Notes: generated from the sequence alone by a model not told the origin. Numbered from the stretch's first letter, positions 1 to 8,121 are shown. The stretch is 43,271 nt of DNA from a virus (IMGVR_UViG_3300030433_001432:1-43271); one strand, 5' to 3'. Numbers and translations are program-made.

Positions 1-607
1 CTTCCGCTTGAGCTTCAGCTTGTTTCATTAGCGACATTAAATTGTCAGCTCCTAAAACTTCTACAGCCTTTGCAGTAAAGACAAACTCTCCATCCGACAA
101 CCTTGCGGGTATCGAATCAGAGACTTCCGAGCCCGGTCCTTCAACTGGACCAGAGCCTGAAAATTCCATTGCAACTTCCATAACTTTGTCAAACAACATG
201 CTAAGTTGTGGATTTGCTTGTAATTCTTGCATAAGCATTTCTTCTTCATCTTCATCTAATGCTTCATCTATTAAAAAGTCTATATAATTATCTTCCATCA
301 TTTCATCTGGAACTTGAGACTCTTCTATTTCCATTTCTTCTGCAGTTTTTTCTGGCATCATATCTGCCATTTGATTTTCCATATCAGGTGTTTCTTCTCT
401 TTGCATCATGGAATCCATTTGGTCATCCATCATCATACCACCTTCTTGTTTTTGTTCTCTCATAGATTCTTCGATAGCTCTTCCCCTAGCTTCTTCGTAA
501 GAAGATATTTCACCATCTTTATCTAAGTCAGCTTTTTCAGGATTTACTAATTCACCTTCAGCATAGTTCATACGGTTTTTATCGTTATCTAACATTCCTT
601 TTTTCAT
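1..607 (-). CDS. Acidic putative head/virion-associated protein, truncated at window edge (not in ORF track)
   Basis: ATG at 607, right after the stop of 609..839. The frame is open to the edge: MKKGMLDNDKNRMNYAEGELV...GPVEGPGSEVSDSIPARLSDGEFVFTAKAVEVLG. The GPG..SDSIPARLSDGEFV motif is common in phage virion proteins. Confidence 0.8.
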   Translation of the reverse strand, partial: MKKGMLDNDKNRMNYAEGELVNPEKADLDKDGEISSYEEARGRAIEESMREQKQEGGMMMDDQMDSMMQREETPDMENQMADMMPEKTAEEMEIEESQVPDEMMEDNYIDFLIDEALDEDEEEMLMQELQANPQLSMLFDKVMEVAMEFSGSGPVEGPGSEVSDSIPARLSDGEFVFTAKAVEVLGADNLMSLMKQAEAQAE

Positions 608-608
608 A

Positions 609-839
609 TTAGTCCTCTAATCTACTAAGTGCTTCTTTAACCTGCTGCGGTAGGGATTCCAACCGTGCCAGAGAATGTATCCTCCCCTGCAACCGGTACA
701 TCTCCGATTCCGATGTTGCCACCGCCAGTGCCTGTAGCTCCAAGGTCTTGAGGTTCGACAGGTGTTCCACCAAGACCTCCCATACCTGCTGGTTGTTGAC
801 CACCGGGTTGAGTTTCCTCGCCTGTGTTTTGTCCAACAT
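609..839 (-). CDS. Small helical protein overlapping the portal 3' end
   Basis: 76 aa amphipathic ORF (EMYRLQGRIHSLARLESL); its stop lies 2 nt before the next ATG. Similar small genes follow portals in marine podoviruses (recollection, not searched). Confidence 0.65.
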   Translation of the reverse strand: MLDKTQARKLNPVVNNQQVWEVLVEHLSNLKTLELQALAVATSESEMYRLQGRIHSLARLESLPQQVKEALSRLED

Positions 840-2847
840 TTTGCATTCCTATAATTTGTGCCATGATAGCTGCTTCCTCTGGGTCATTCAGAATTTCATC
901 TGGGTCGAGGTCTAAGCTGTAGGCAAGTTCACTAACCAATTTAGATATTTTAACAAATGGTGCAATAGCAGGACTTTGTGCAGTTTGTAAGAACATAGTA
1001 AGTCTTTGACTTCTAACTTCTTTCTGCATCAAGCTATTAGTACCAGTTGCTTTAACTTCTAAATCACCTGCCACATTAAGACTTCCTTCAAAGAACTGCA
1101 TGTTCCATTGAAAGTAAGACTCTCCTAGTGGCTTTAGTAAAAAGTCATCAAGATTCTTAACAACTGTTTTTATGTTTAAACTTGCTGCTCCTAATAACAT
1201 TGACATACCTGAAGCAGTCCTTGTCATACTTTGAACTCCTGTTTGTCCATGTGAATAACTTGGAATACCAGTTTGTTCATCAGCAAGTTGTCTAAAACGG
1301 TCAAACATCATCATATTTTCTGGTGCTGTGTTTGGAAACTTCAGACCATAAATAGATTGACCGGGCATACCAGCTTGTCTTCTAAAGATTTTGCCGGGAT
1401 AGACTTCCATATTTTGCCCACCTACCAAAGCTGATTCATCAACATCAAATACTAATGAACCGGCTAATGCTAAATTATCAATAGCCATTCGAGCATGACC
1501 ATTCATAATTTGTTGAGAATCATTCATATTCTCAGCTACTCCTATACCAAAGAAATTGTAAGGGTTTCTTTCATAAGGAAATGCACTGTATGGTATGCGA
1601 TATGGTGTAAATGGATTGATTACTGCTCGTAGTAATTTGTTACCACATACCCATGCATTTATTTGTACCTCATCTAAGTCATCAATATTATCATCAAGTT
1701 CAATACCAACTTCTCTAGCATACTCTGCATCCATAATACCCCAGTATTCAAGGACTTCAAAGTTAGCCATGTAAGTATCGTCTAACTGATAATCGTCTCT
1801 TAGTTGCGATTCAAAATCTTTGTCTTCGTAGTTTGGTCCATCTTGTATACATTCCCTGATGGCATTTTCATCAAAGTAAGGCATGTTTCTTAATTGCCTT
1901 AACTGACTACGATTCATTTTGTGTCTATGTACTACATATTCACATTCTTCTATGTTTGTTGCTGCAGGGTCTGGATAAAAATCCCAACAACTTACAAACT
2001 CAATTCTTGGTACTCTAACTTCTAAAGGGTTGTATTGTCTTTCGCCACTTTCGTTTGTATCCCACTTGTGAAGTTTTTTATTAAAATTAAATGGACCTTT
2101 AACAATTCCTGTACCTAATAGTGAAGCTTCTAGTAAAGCATTTCTTATTTCTGAACCACCATTAGATTCTTCTATTTGGTCATGGATTAATTTTTCCATT
2201 CTTCTCGCAGCTTTTTGGGCTGGAGAAACTTCAGGTGTTTGTGGGTTAGGAGTTAAGCCCTCTTGTAACATCCCTTGTTCATCTGCTTGAGTAACTATAT
2301 CATCCTCAAACATACCAGTGCCTAACGTTGCTCCAGCTTTTAAAGTTTTACCATCGCCTTCATAGCCAACATCATAGATACTTTCTACTGGAGCATCTTC
2401 TAATCTATTACCAATATTATCTGGTAGATTAGATTCAATTCCCGTTTGTGGGTTTTGTGTATCTAAGTAAGCATTTTCTTTTTCGCCTTCAGGTATTTTA
2501 GTTTCTTCAATACCAATAGGAAATTTACCTGTGCCAAAGATAACATCTACCAGTTGTCCAAAAGCAGCTAATACTTTTGTCTTAGTTATCTTAACAAAGA
2601 TACGAGACTTTTCAGACTCTCTAAATTTTACTGATTTATTATATAGCCCTCTATAGTTTTCGTAAGCTCTGAGCCATCTTCTTTCATCACCATTACGAGC
2701 TTCTTCTGATAAAGCGAATCTACTTTTAATGATACCTACTAAATTATTTTGCTGGTCTTCTTCTAAAGATAAATTTTTACCAGCTTCTCCCTCTACATCT
2801 TCATAGATATTATCAGCATTCAAAAATGTATTTTCGTTTTCTGCCAT
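637..2847 (-). CDS. Portal (head-tail connector) protein
   Basis: About 736 aa, directly downstream of terL. Portal-like motifs WDFYPDP, FFGIGVAE, TGIPSYSHGQ, RTASGMSML. ATG at 2847 preferred over the track start at 2853. Confidence 0.9.
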   Translation of the reverse strand: MAENENTFLNADNIYEDVEGEAGKNLSLEEDQQNNLVGIIKSRFALSEEARNGDERRWLRAYENYRGLYNKSVKFRESEKSRIFVKITKTKVLAAFGQLVDVIFGTGKFPIGIEETKIPEGEKENAYLDTQNPQTGIESNLPDNIGNRLEDAPVESIYDVGYEGDGKTLKAGATLGTGMFEDDIVTQADEQGMLQEGLTPNPQTPEVSPAQKAARRMEKLIHDQIEESNGGSEIRNALLEASLLGTGIVKGPFNFNKKLHKWDTNESGERQYNPLEVRVPRIEFVSCWDFYPDPAATNIEECEYVVHRHKMNRSQLRQLRNMPYFDENAIRECIQDGPNYEDKDFESQLRDDYQLDDTYMANFEVLEYWGIMDAEYAREVGIELDDNIDDLDEVQINAWVCGNKLLRAVINPFTPYRIPYSAFPYERNPYNFFGIGVAENMNDSQQIMNGHARMAIDNLALAGSLVFDVDESALVGGQNMEVYPGKIFRRQAGMPGQSIYGLKFPNTAPENMMMFDRFRQLADEQTGIPSYSHGQTGVQSMTRTASGMSMLLGAASLNIKTVVKNLDDFLLKPLGESYFQWNMQFFEGSLNVAGDLEVKATGTNSLMQKEVRSQRLTMFLQTAQSPAIAPFVKISKLVSELAYSLDLDPDEILNDPEEAAIMAQIIGMQNVGQNTGEETQPGGQQPAGMGGLGGTPVEPQDLGATGTGGGNIGIGDVPVAGEDTFSGTVGIPTAAG

Positions 2848-2849
2848 TA

Positions 2850-4505
2850 TCAATAACCAAAATCTGAATCAGCAGGTTTGAATATATCACGTTTGTAACC
2901 TCTAAGTCTTTCTAATGGGCTTTCCATTCTTGGTCTGCTCATTATCATATATCTTAATGCATCGTATGCATGGTCAGAAGCGTGTGTATCTACATCCTCT
3001 GGATTCGTTTTTGATAACGGTATGCTTTGTAATTCTCTTATTAAGTTTTGGCAAGTATTGAATATTTGCAACTTAGGTCTACCGTTATCTTTTACTTTTA
3101 AAAATTCATGTATCTGAATCTTGCCTTGTATACGATTTTTATCGGCACGTCTTAACTTATGACCTGCTCGTAACAAAGCTTCTCCAACGGTAGGACCAGT
3201 TGTACCTGTTCTAGCCCAAGCTGCAGTATCCAATACACCATTTACTGAAAATGGGTCTACCACTTCCATATCTGTTATTATACTACCTAATTCTTCACCT
3301 GTCAAGCCTTTTTTGTATAATTCTCTATAAATTATTAAAGTTCCATCATTTATATCAATAGTTCCCCATAAACAACAACTTTCAGAGGCATAACCGTAGT
3401 CAATACCTTTGGTTCTTTCCCATGATAAAGGTATCTCAAATGGTGGTATTACATGTACGGTAGGGTCAAATTCTACAAAAGCAGCACCTTCAGCGACATC
3501 CCAGTTACCTTCTAATAACTGTCTACGCTGTATTGGCGGTAACGAATTAAGCATTTGTTCGTAAATACCATCATCAGCTAAGTATGGATTATCTGCTAAT
3601 TTAGCTGGAATAAATTTACGACTTAGTCCATCTGTACCTAAAAAACTTTTATTAGGTTCATAAGGGTCTATGTATCTACGTTTTACCCACGTAGAGCCAA
3701 CACCACCGGGGTTAGCAGTGCAACGTAAATAAGTTTTAATTTCAGGGTCAGTTGTTCTAAGTCTAGATGCTAGATAGTTCCAACTAAACTCTGTAGGTAA
3801 ATGGGTAATCTCATCAAAGCCAATCCAAGAGTATGCTTGTCCTTGATAACGATAAACATCTGCATCTCTTTCTAAGAAACCAAACTCTATCTTTGCACCA
3901 CTTGGAAAGTTCCAAAGCTTTTCTACTTCTCTAAACTTAGCTCCGGGAAATGCTTGAGGATATAGTTCACGAGATTTATCAATCATCTCTCGTAGTTCTG
4001 GCATAGACCTACGTAAGATTAAGGCACGGTGAGCTTTACGGTGAGCATATCTCAGTGGGTCAACCAACATTGCGTATGATTTTCCACCCCCTGCTGCACC
4101 ACCGTAAAGGACATCTTTTTCGTCTGCAGCTAAGAAATCTGTTTGTGGTCCTTCGTTAGCATGAAATAAAACATTAGCATCTTCTAAATCTTTTTTAACT
4201 GTTGCAGGTAATTTGTCTAACTCATCAGTGGTAGCAATATTTTTTTCATTACCACTTAAATCTTGTAAAGTATTTTTTTGTTTTTTTAAAGACTTACGAG
4301 CATTGTTAAGTTTCTGCTCAATCTTTTTAATATTTTTTTGTTTTCGAGAGATTGCTCGATGAGCTGCAAACTTTGCTTCATCTTTTAAAGCTGGTCTACC
4401 ACTTTTTTTTCTAGGTGTACCGTCTTTTTTTAAAACAAAGTTACCTTCATTATCTTGCAAGTAAAGATGAGGATTCTCTTCCCAGTCTTTCAGTTCTTGT
4501 GCCAT
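2850..4505 (-). CDS. terL: Terminase large subunit
   Basis: Walker A YGGAAGGGKS, Walker B IGFDE, coupling motif TANPGG, nuclease motifs GIDYG and DHAYDALRY. Confidence 0.95.
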   Translation of the reverse strand: MAQELKDWEENPHLYLQDNEGNFVLKKDGTPRKKSGRPALKDEAKFAAHRAISRKQKNIKKIEQKLNNARKSLKKQKNTLQDLSGNEKNIATTDELDKLPATVKKDLEDANVLFHANEGPQTDFLAADEKDVLYGGAAGGGKSYAMLVDPLRYAHRKAHRALILRRSMPELREMIDKSRELYPQAFPGAKFREVEKLWNFPSGAKIEFGFLERDADVYRYQGQAYSWIGFDEITHLPTEFSWNYLASRLRTTDPEIKTYLRCTANPGGVGSTWVKRRYIDPYEPNKSFLGTDGLSRKFIPAKLADNPYLADDGIYEQMLNSLPPIQRRQLLEGNWDVAEGAAFVEFDPTVHVIPPFEIPLSWERTKGIDYGYASESCCLWGTIDINDGTLIIYRELYKKGLTGEELGSIITDMEVVDPFSVNGVLDTAAWARTGTTGPTVGEALLRAGHKLRRADKNRIQGKIQIHEFLKVKDNGRPKLQIFNTCQNLIRELQSIPLSKTNPEDVDTHASDHAYDALRYMIMSRPRMESPLERLRGYKRDIFKPADSDFGY

Positions 4506-4746
4506 ACTTTTTATCTATGTGTTTTTTTAATCCGGGAGTTGAAATCTTACGACCTGTTTCATATTCTAGCCAATCTACTGCAGTTTGTAAAGATACTTCT
4601 TCATTAACAATCATATTTTCTACAGTTAATAAAGCTTCTAACTCTTCTTCTATAGGTTTTAAATAGCCAGTAATTTCATCATACTCATAACCAAAAGGTA
4701 TAGTTGATGTGGTTCTTTTTATATAACCATCTGGTAACATGTTCAT
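4450..4746 (-). CDS. Small protein with recombinase-domain-like (PFGY) DNA-binding fold
   Basis: STIPFGY followed by a helical HTH-like segment; no catalytic serine-recombinase domain; sits upstream of terL. Confidence 0.6.
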   Translation of the reverse strand: MNMLPDGYIKRTTSTIPFGYEYDEITGYLKPIEEELEALLTVENMIVNEEVSLQTAVDWLEYETGRKISTPGLKKHIDKKYGTRTERLGRESSSLLAR

Positions 4747-4808
4747 ACTATTATACTAATTTATTTTAAATAAGTTGAGCAGTTTTATTTCTTACTCAGG
4801 AAGTTAGC

Positions 4809-4970
4809 TTAGTCAGTCCATTTCACACCACGGTAAATACCGTTAGTGGCTTTTTTAGACTTACTAGGTTCTGCATCATGCTTGATACCTCTGTAGATAC
4901 CCGGTTGAGCTTTTACTTTTTCAACGTGAGTATTTTCAGGAGTTATCTTGATACCTCTGTAAGTAGCCAT
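4809..4970 (-). CDS. 53-aa YRG-repeat peptide (DUF4278/Downstream-peptide-like)
   Basis: MATYRGIKITPENTHVEKVKAQPGIYRGIKHDAEPSKSKKATNGIYRGVKWTD has three YRG[IV]K motifs and a GGAGG RBS; not in ORF track. Confidence 0.85.
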   Translation of the reverse strand: MATYRGIKITPENTHVEKVKAQPGIYRGIKHDAEPSKSKKATNGIYRGVKWTD

Positions 4971-5026
4971 ATCATGCCTCCAGTTTTCATAGGTTAATAT
5001 TAAGTCATATTTAAATGACAGCCTAT

Positions 5027-5138
5027 GCGTTCCTTCGGTAGATGTCGGTCTCTGTTCCCATTACTGGTACTTAGCTTACCCCTATCATAGGGAGGTTTTC
5101 CTTTCTAGCCTACTTCCGTCTCTTGCGAGATGAACGAA
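5027..5138 (-). ncRNA. Glutamine riboswitch-like element (glnA RNA motif) with expanded P3
   Basis: Minus strand reads UUCGUUCAUCUC-GCAA-GAGACGGAAGUAGG...UCUACCGAAGGAACGC. P1 is CGUUC/GAACG, P2 is UCUC/GAGA with a GNRA loop, and the E-loop strands GGAAGUA/GAA are present. It lies directly upstream of the YRG peptide. Confidence 0.8.
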
Positions 5139-5234
5139 TTATTGATTATGACAAGCTAATGATTGTTGTCTAATCAATTCTTTAAGCTCCTCTTTAGAAA
5201 GAACATTTGCTTGTTCTTGTGGAGAAAGCTTCAT
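5139..5234 (-). CDS. 31-aa hypothetical peptide
   Basis: MKLSPQEQANVLSKEELKELIRQQSLACHNQ; ATGA overlap with upstream ORF; stop abuts the riboswitch. Confidence 0.5.
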   Translation of the reverse strand: MKLSPQEQANVLSKEELKELIRQQSLACHNQ

Positions 5235-5374
5235 TTTTTTTTGTCTTTGTTAAAAATTTTATCCCAGTTATCAGCAATTTGTTCATCACTAACAACTTGA
5301 CCTCGTGCTTTATTACGAGCCATGCGATTACGTTTAGCTGCTGATTTTACTCCAAAATGTCCTGCGTGTGGCAT
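5231..5374 (-). CDS. 47-aa basic hypothetical peptide
   Basis: MPHAGHFGVKSAAKRNRMARNKARGQVVSDEQIADNWDKIFNKDKKK; starts 3 nt after the iscU stop. Confidence 0.6.
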   Translation of the reverse strand: MPHAGHFGVKSAAKRNRMARNKARGQVVSDEQIADNWDKIFNKDKKK

Positions 5375-5377
5375 TAT

Positions 5378-5827
5378 TTAATATCCGTAACCGTTAGGGT
5401 CTTCCCAACGTTCTGTTTGATTATGTGTTCTATGTTTTATTTTAGTTTCCCAGTTTTCTATAGCTTTACGAATACTTTCTTCAGCTAAAACACTACAATG
5501 TAGTTTGATTGGTGGTAAATCTAAAGCTGCAGCAATATCTTTATCTTTGATAGCTTTAGCTTCAGCGATTGTTTTACCTTTTAACATATCAACAAACATT
5601 GTGCTCGAAGCAATCGCAGAGCCACAACCATAAGTTTTAAACTTAACATCTGTTATTATATCATTGTCAAGTTTTAATTGCAACTTCATTACATCCCCAC
5701 AAGCCGGAGCACCAGTCATACCAGTAGCAACATTAGGGTCATTAGGGTCAAACCGACCAACAGCGTGTTTTTGTGGATTATTTAACACGCTTTCAAATCT
5801 ATCAACCACTTCTTGTGAGTATGCCAT
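5378..5827 (-). CDS. iscU: Fe-S cluster scaffold protein IscU/NifU-N
   Basis: GAPACGDVMKLQ, FKTYGCGSAIASS and LPPIKLHCSVLAE give all three Cys ligands and the HscA-binding LPPVK-like motif. Confidence 0.95.
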   Translation of the reverse strand: MAYSQEVVDRFESVLNNPQKHAVGRFDPNDPNVATGMTGAPACGDVMKLQLKLDNDIITDVKFKTYGCGSAIASSTMFVDMLKGKTIAEAKAIKDKDIAAALDLPPIKLHCSVLAEESIRKAIENWETKIKHRTHNQTERWEDPNGYGY

Positions 5828-5880
5828 TTAATCTTCAGTTAATATATTATTTATAAGCTGTATTTCTCTTTCTGTTAATT

Positions 5881-6171
5881 TTACCATTTTACCTTGTCAG
5901 CCCAATATGCTGCTGACATCTTTCCTCGTTTAATGTTTTTAGCATGACGAGCTTTAAAAGATTTACGTTTAGCTTTCATTCTTGCAGACTCACCGGGTTT
6001 AGGTTTACCTGCTGTCTTAGCTCCTTTCTGTCCAAACCTAATAGTTTTTATTTTATCACCTTCTTTAGCGACAACTATATGCGACTTCTTAGGATGATTA
6101 GGAGTTCTTTTAGGTTTATTATAACCTGAAACTCCAGCACGTTCAAGTCTTGAATCTTTTTTCTTGGTCAT
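5881..6171 (-). CDS. Small basic hypothetical phage protein
   Basis: K/R-rich; KTIRFGQKG and RKSFKARH..MSAAYWADKVKW motifs; tightly packed with neighbours. Confidence 0.8.
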   Translation of the reverse strand: MTKKKDSRLERAGVSGYNKPKRTPNHPKKSHIVVAKEGDKIKTIRFGQKGAKTAGKPKPGESARMKAKRKSFKARHAKNIKRGKMSAAYWADKVKW

Positions 6172-6425
6172 GCTTTTTTCTTTTTCTTTTTAGTTTTTCG
6201 ATGCAAACCATGCTGTGCATGTTGTTTACCCTTCGCAGTAGCTTCTCGTTTCTTTTTATTAGCTGCTGCTAACTTACGTCTACCTGCAGGGGTAGATTTA
6301 AGTTTTTTAATTTTAGCTTCCGGTGCATATACTTCTCCAGTCTCCGAGGATTTTTTACCACTCGGAGTTCGCCATTTCTGTTTAGTCCACTTACGTAAAC
6401 TACGTTGACTTTTTTTAAGTGCCAT
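6168..6425 (-). CDS. Small basic hypothetical phage protein
   Basis: SQRSLRKWTKQKWRT motif; poly-K C-terminus; overlapping start/stop codons. Confidence 0.8.
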   Translation of the reverse strand: MALKKSQRSLRKWTKQKWRTPSGKKSSETGEVYAPEAKIKKLKSTPAGRRKLAAANKKKREATAKGKQHAQHGLHRKTKKKKKKA

Positions 6426-7108
6426 TATTTATCTTTATCACTATATAAGTTATTAAATGTTTCATCTGGATTCATATAGCTTTCATGTCCTTCTGCAGAA
6501 TGTAACCACTGTGAAGGTATGAAGTCTGGTGGACCATCACCGGTTGCCCATAAAGCAGGGTTAGTAACTCTAACTCTGTTATTAGGCAAAGCTATAATAT
6601 TTCCTTTCCAAGGACAATCTTCAGTAATGTATAATACATGCGATTGTTTATGTTGAGCTGGGTCATCAGCAATACTATTATCAGTATAGTCAACAGTAAA
6701 CAAATATCTGGAAGTATAGAAATCACTACCGATTTTTGCTATCCAAGGTGAAGAACTGGTTCTATCTAGAGTAACAACTGAATGTGTTCTAGATTCGCAA
6801 TCCCACGGTTGTGCCAAATGGTTTTCCATTGGCTCTGCCCATTCATCCATAGGTATATCAGCAACTAATGCTTGTATAGGCATTCTCGCCCACATAGCAC
6901 CGCCATGTATGTTGCCCTCTTTCCAGTCATCCCTATCCATCTCGTTGCCAGTAAAAACAACTTGAAAACTTAGAGACCTATCTGGAATTGTATTTACCGC
7001 TATTGCTAGAGCATGTAAATATTCGCCATGGTATTTTAGATGATTATGGGTAAATTCCCTTCTTACCCAACACGGGAAGTGAGGGATATTACTCATCAAG
7101 TATGACAT
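6425..7108 (-). CDS. Conserved hypothetical phage protein
   Basis: 227 aa globular sequence with GGAMWARMPIQAL, DDPAQHKQSHVL and ALPNNRVR motifs. Confidence 0.8.
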   Translation of the reverse strand: MSYLMSNIPHFPCWVRREFTHNHLKYHGEYLHALAIAVNTIPDRSLSFQVVFTGNEMDRDDWKEGNIHGGAMWARMPIQALVADIPMDEWAEPMENHLAQPWDCESRTHSVVTLDRTSSSPWIAKIGSDFYTSRYLFTVDYTDNSIADDPAQHKQSHVLYITEDCPWKGNIIALPNNRVRVTNPALWATGDGPPDFIPSQWLHSAEGHESYMNPDETFNNLYSDKDK

Positions 7109-7114
7109 GTAATA

Positions 7115-7306
7115 TTACTTTTTACCGCCTCTTGCGTAGCTTTTCCTTCCTTTAGCTCCGCCTCTTGCCATACTCTTCCTTTTTTTCATCCCACCTTTAG
7201 CCATGGTTTTTCTTTTTTTAACACCGCCTTTAGCCATACTCTTTCTTTTTTTTGTACCGCCTTTAGCCATGCTTTTCCTTTTTTTATGTGTAGGTGTATG
7301 TGGCAT
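7115..7306 (-). CDS. Protamine/histone-like basic repeat peptide
   Basis: Five 11-aa repeats of the xKKRKSMAKGG type; AGGAG RBS. Confidence 0.8.
   Translation of the reverse strand: MPHTPTHKKRKSMAKGGTKKRKSMAKGGVKKRKTMAKGGMKKRKSMARGGAKGRKSYARGGKK
7123..7285. repeat. Imperfect 33-nt coding tandem repeat (about 5 copies)
   Basis: Repeated ccgcctttagccat...cttttttt units encoding the KKRKSMAKGG repeats. Confidence 0.85.
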
Positions 7307-7333
7307 TTTGCACTCCTATATTAATGGTTAAAA

Positions 7334-7630
7334 TTAAGTCTTGCGACCATGTTTCTTCCTAATAGCTGTTTTACCAGCTTTAGCAATTCTTGCTTGTTCG
7401 TGTTTACCTGCTACTTTAGCACGTTGTTCTAACACTGTCAAAATCTGTATCTTACGAGCAAAAGGTTTTTTAATTCTTTTTACTTTGGCTACGGTTGCTC
7501 GGGCATCAGCCGGAGTCTTGTATTTAATACTAACAGTATCTTTAGGATTCTCGTCAGTATATAAACGTCTGTCTGACCCTTTAGGTTTTTTACCTGTACC
7601 AACTTTAGGGTCTCTCGTTTTACGTGGCAT
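7334..7630 (-). CDS. Small basic hypothetical protein
   Basis: LYTDENPKDT and QILTVLEQRAK motifs; start coupled to the upstream stop. Confidence 0.8.
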   Translation of the reverse strand: MPRKTRDPKVGTGKKPKGSDRRLYTDENPKDTVSIKYKTPADARATVAKVKRIKKPFARKIQILTVLEQRAKVAGKHEQARIAKAGKTAIRKKHGRKT

Positions 7631-7833
7631 TATTTATAACCACCACCAGCAGCTTTGTATTGTTTAGCTAACATCTGAGCTTTTCTGGCACTCCACTGTC
7701 CGGGTCTACCACCTTTACTACCTGCTTTGATTTTATTAAACAATCTTTTACGCATAGTAGGCTTAGTATAATTACCAGCTTTATTTACTGTGCTTTTTTT
7801 TTTCGTTGTGGTTTTCTTCTTTGGCATAATCAA
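7630..7833 (-). CDS. Small basic hypothetical protein
   Basis: GQWSARKAQMLAKQYKAAGGGY motif; likely start at ATG 7827. Confidence 0.8.
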   Translation of the reverse strand: MIMPKKKTTTKKKSTVNKAGNYTKPTMRKRLFNKIKAGSKGGRPGQWSARKAQMLAKQYKAAGGGYK

Positions 7834-7905
7834 CCTTAAACATTAAATTATTAACTATATAGTAACTGATATAGAAGGCAGTAACAAAGGCAACAAAAAA
7901 TTCAA

Positions 7906-8121
7906 TCAATGTAACACCTTTTCTTTATTGTAACCTTCTGGCTCTAAGTAGTGCATTAGTCCGTCTTCAGTTACGATTTCAACAAACTCGCCTAATAATG
8001 TTAGACCATTTACTTCGGCAGCTTCTTCAGCTTCTTGTAAAGTTTCTGCAACTATATTAGGTCCAGCATACTTTTTACCGTGCTGTTCCATTTCAGTCAG
8101 ATATATCTTCATACTCATCAC
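7906..8121 (-). CDS. Hypothetical acidic protein
   Basis: 71 aa ORF overlapping the 3' end of the putative terS. Confidence 0.65.
   Translation of the reverse strand: MMSMKIYLTEMEQHGKKYAGPNIVAETLQEAEEAAEVNGLTLLGEFVEIVTEDGLMHYLEPEGYNKEKVLH

Noticed and set aside
42-526. Short track ORFs at 42..287, 61..255, 259..465 and 314..526
   Set aside because: They are shadows of the longer minus-strand gene 607..<1, which has a recognisable motif
4450-4746. Integrase / lysogeny module
   Set aside because: Only a PFGY recombinase-like fragment; no catalytic domain, repressor or att site is seen
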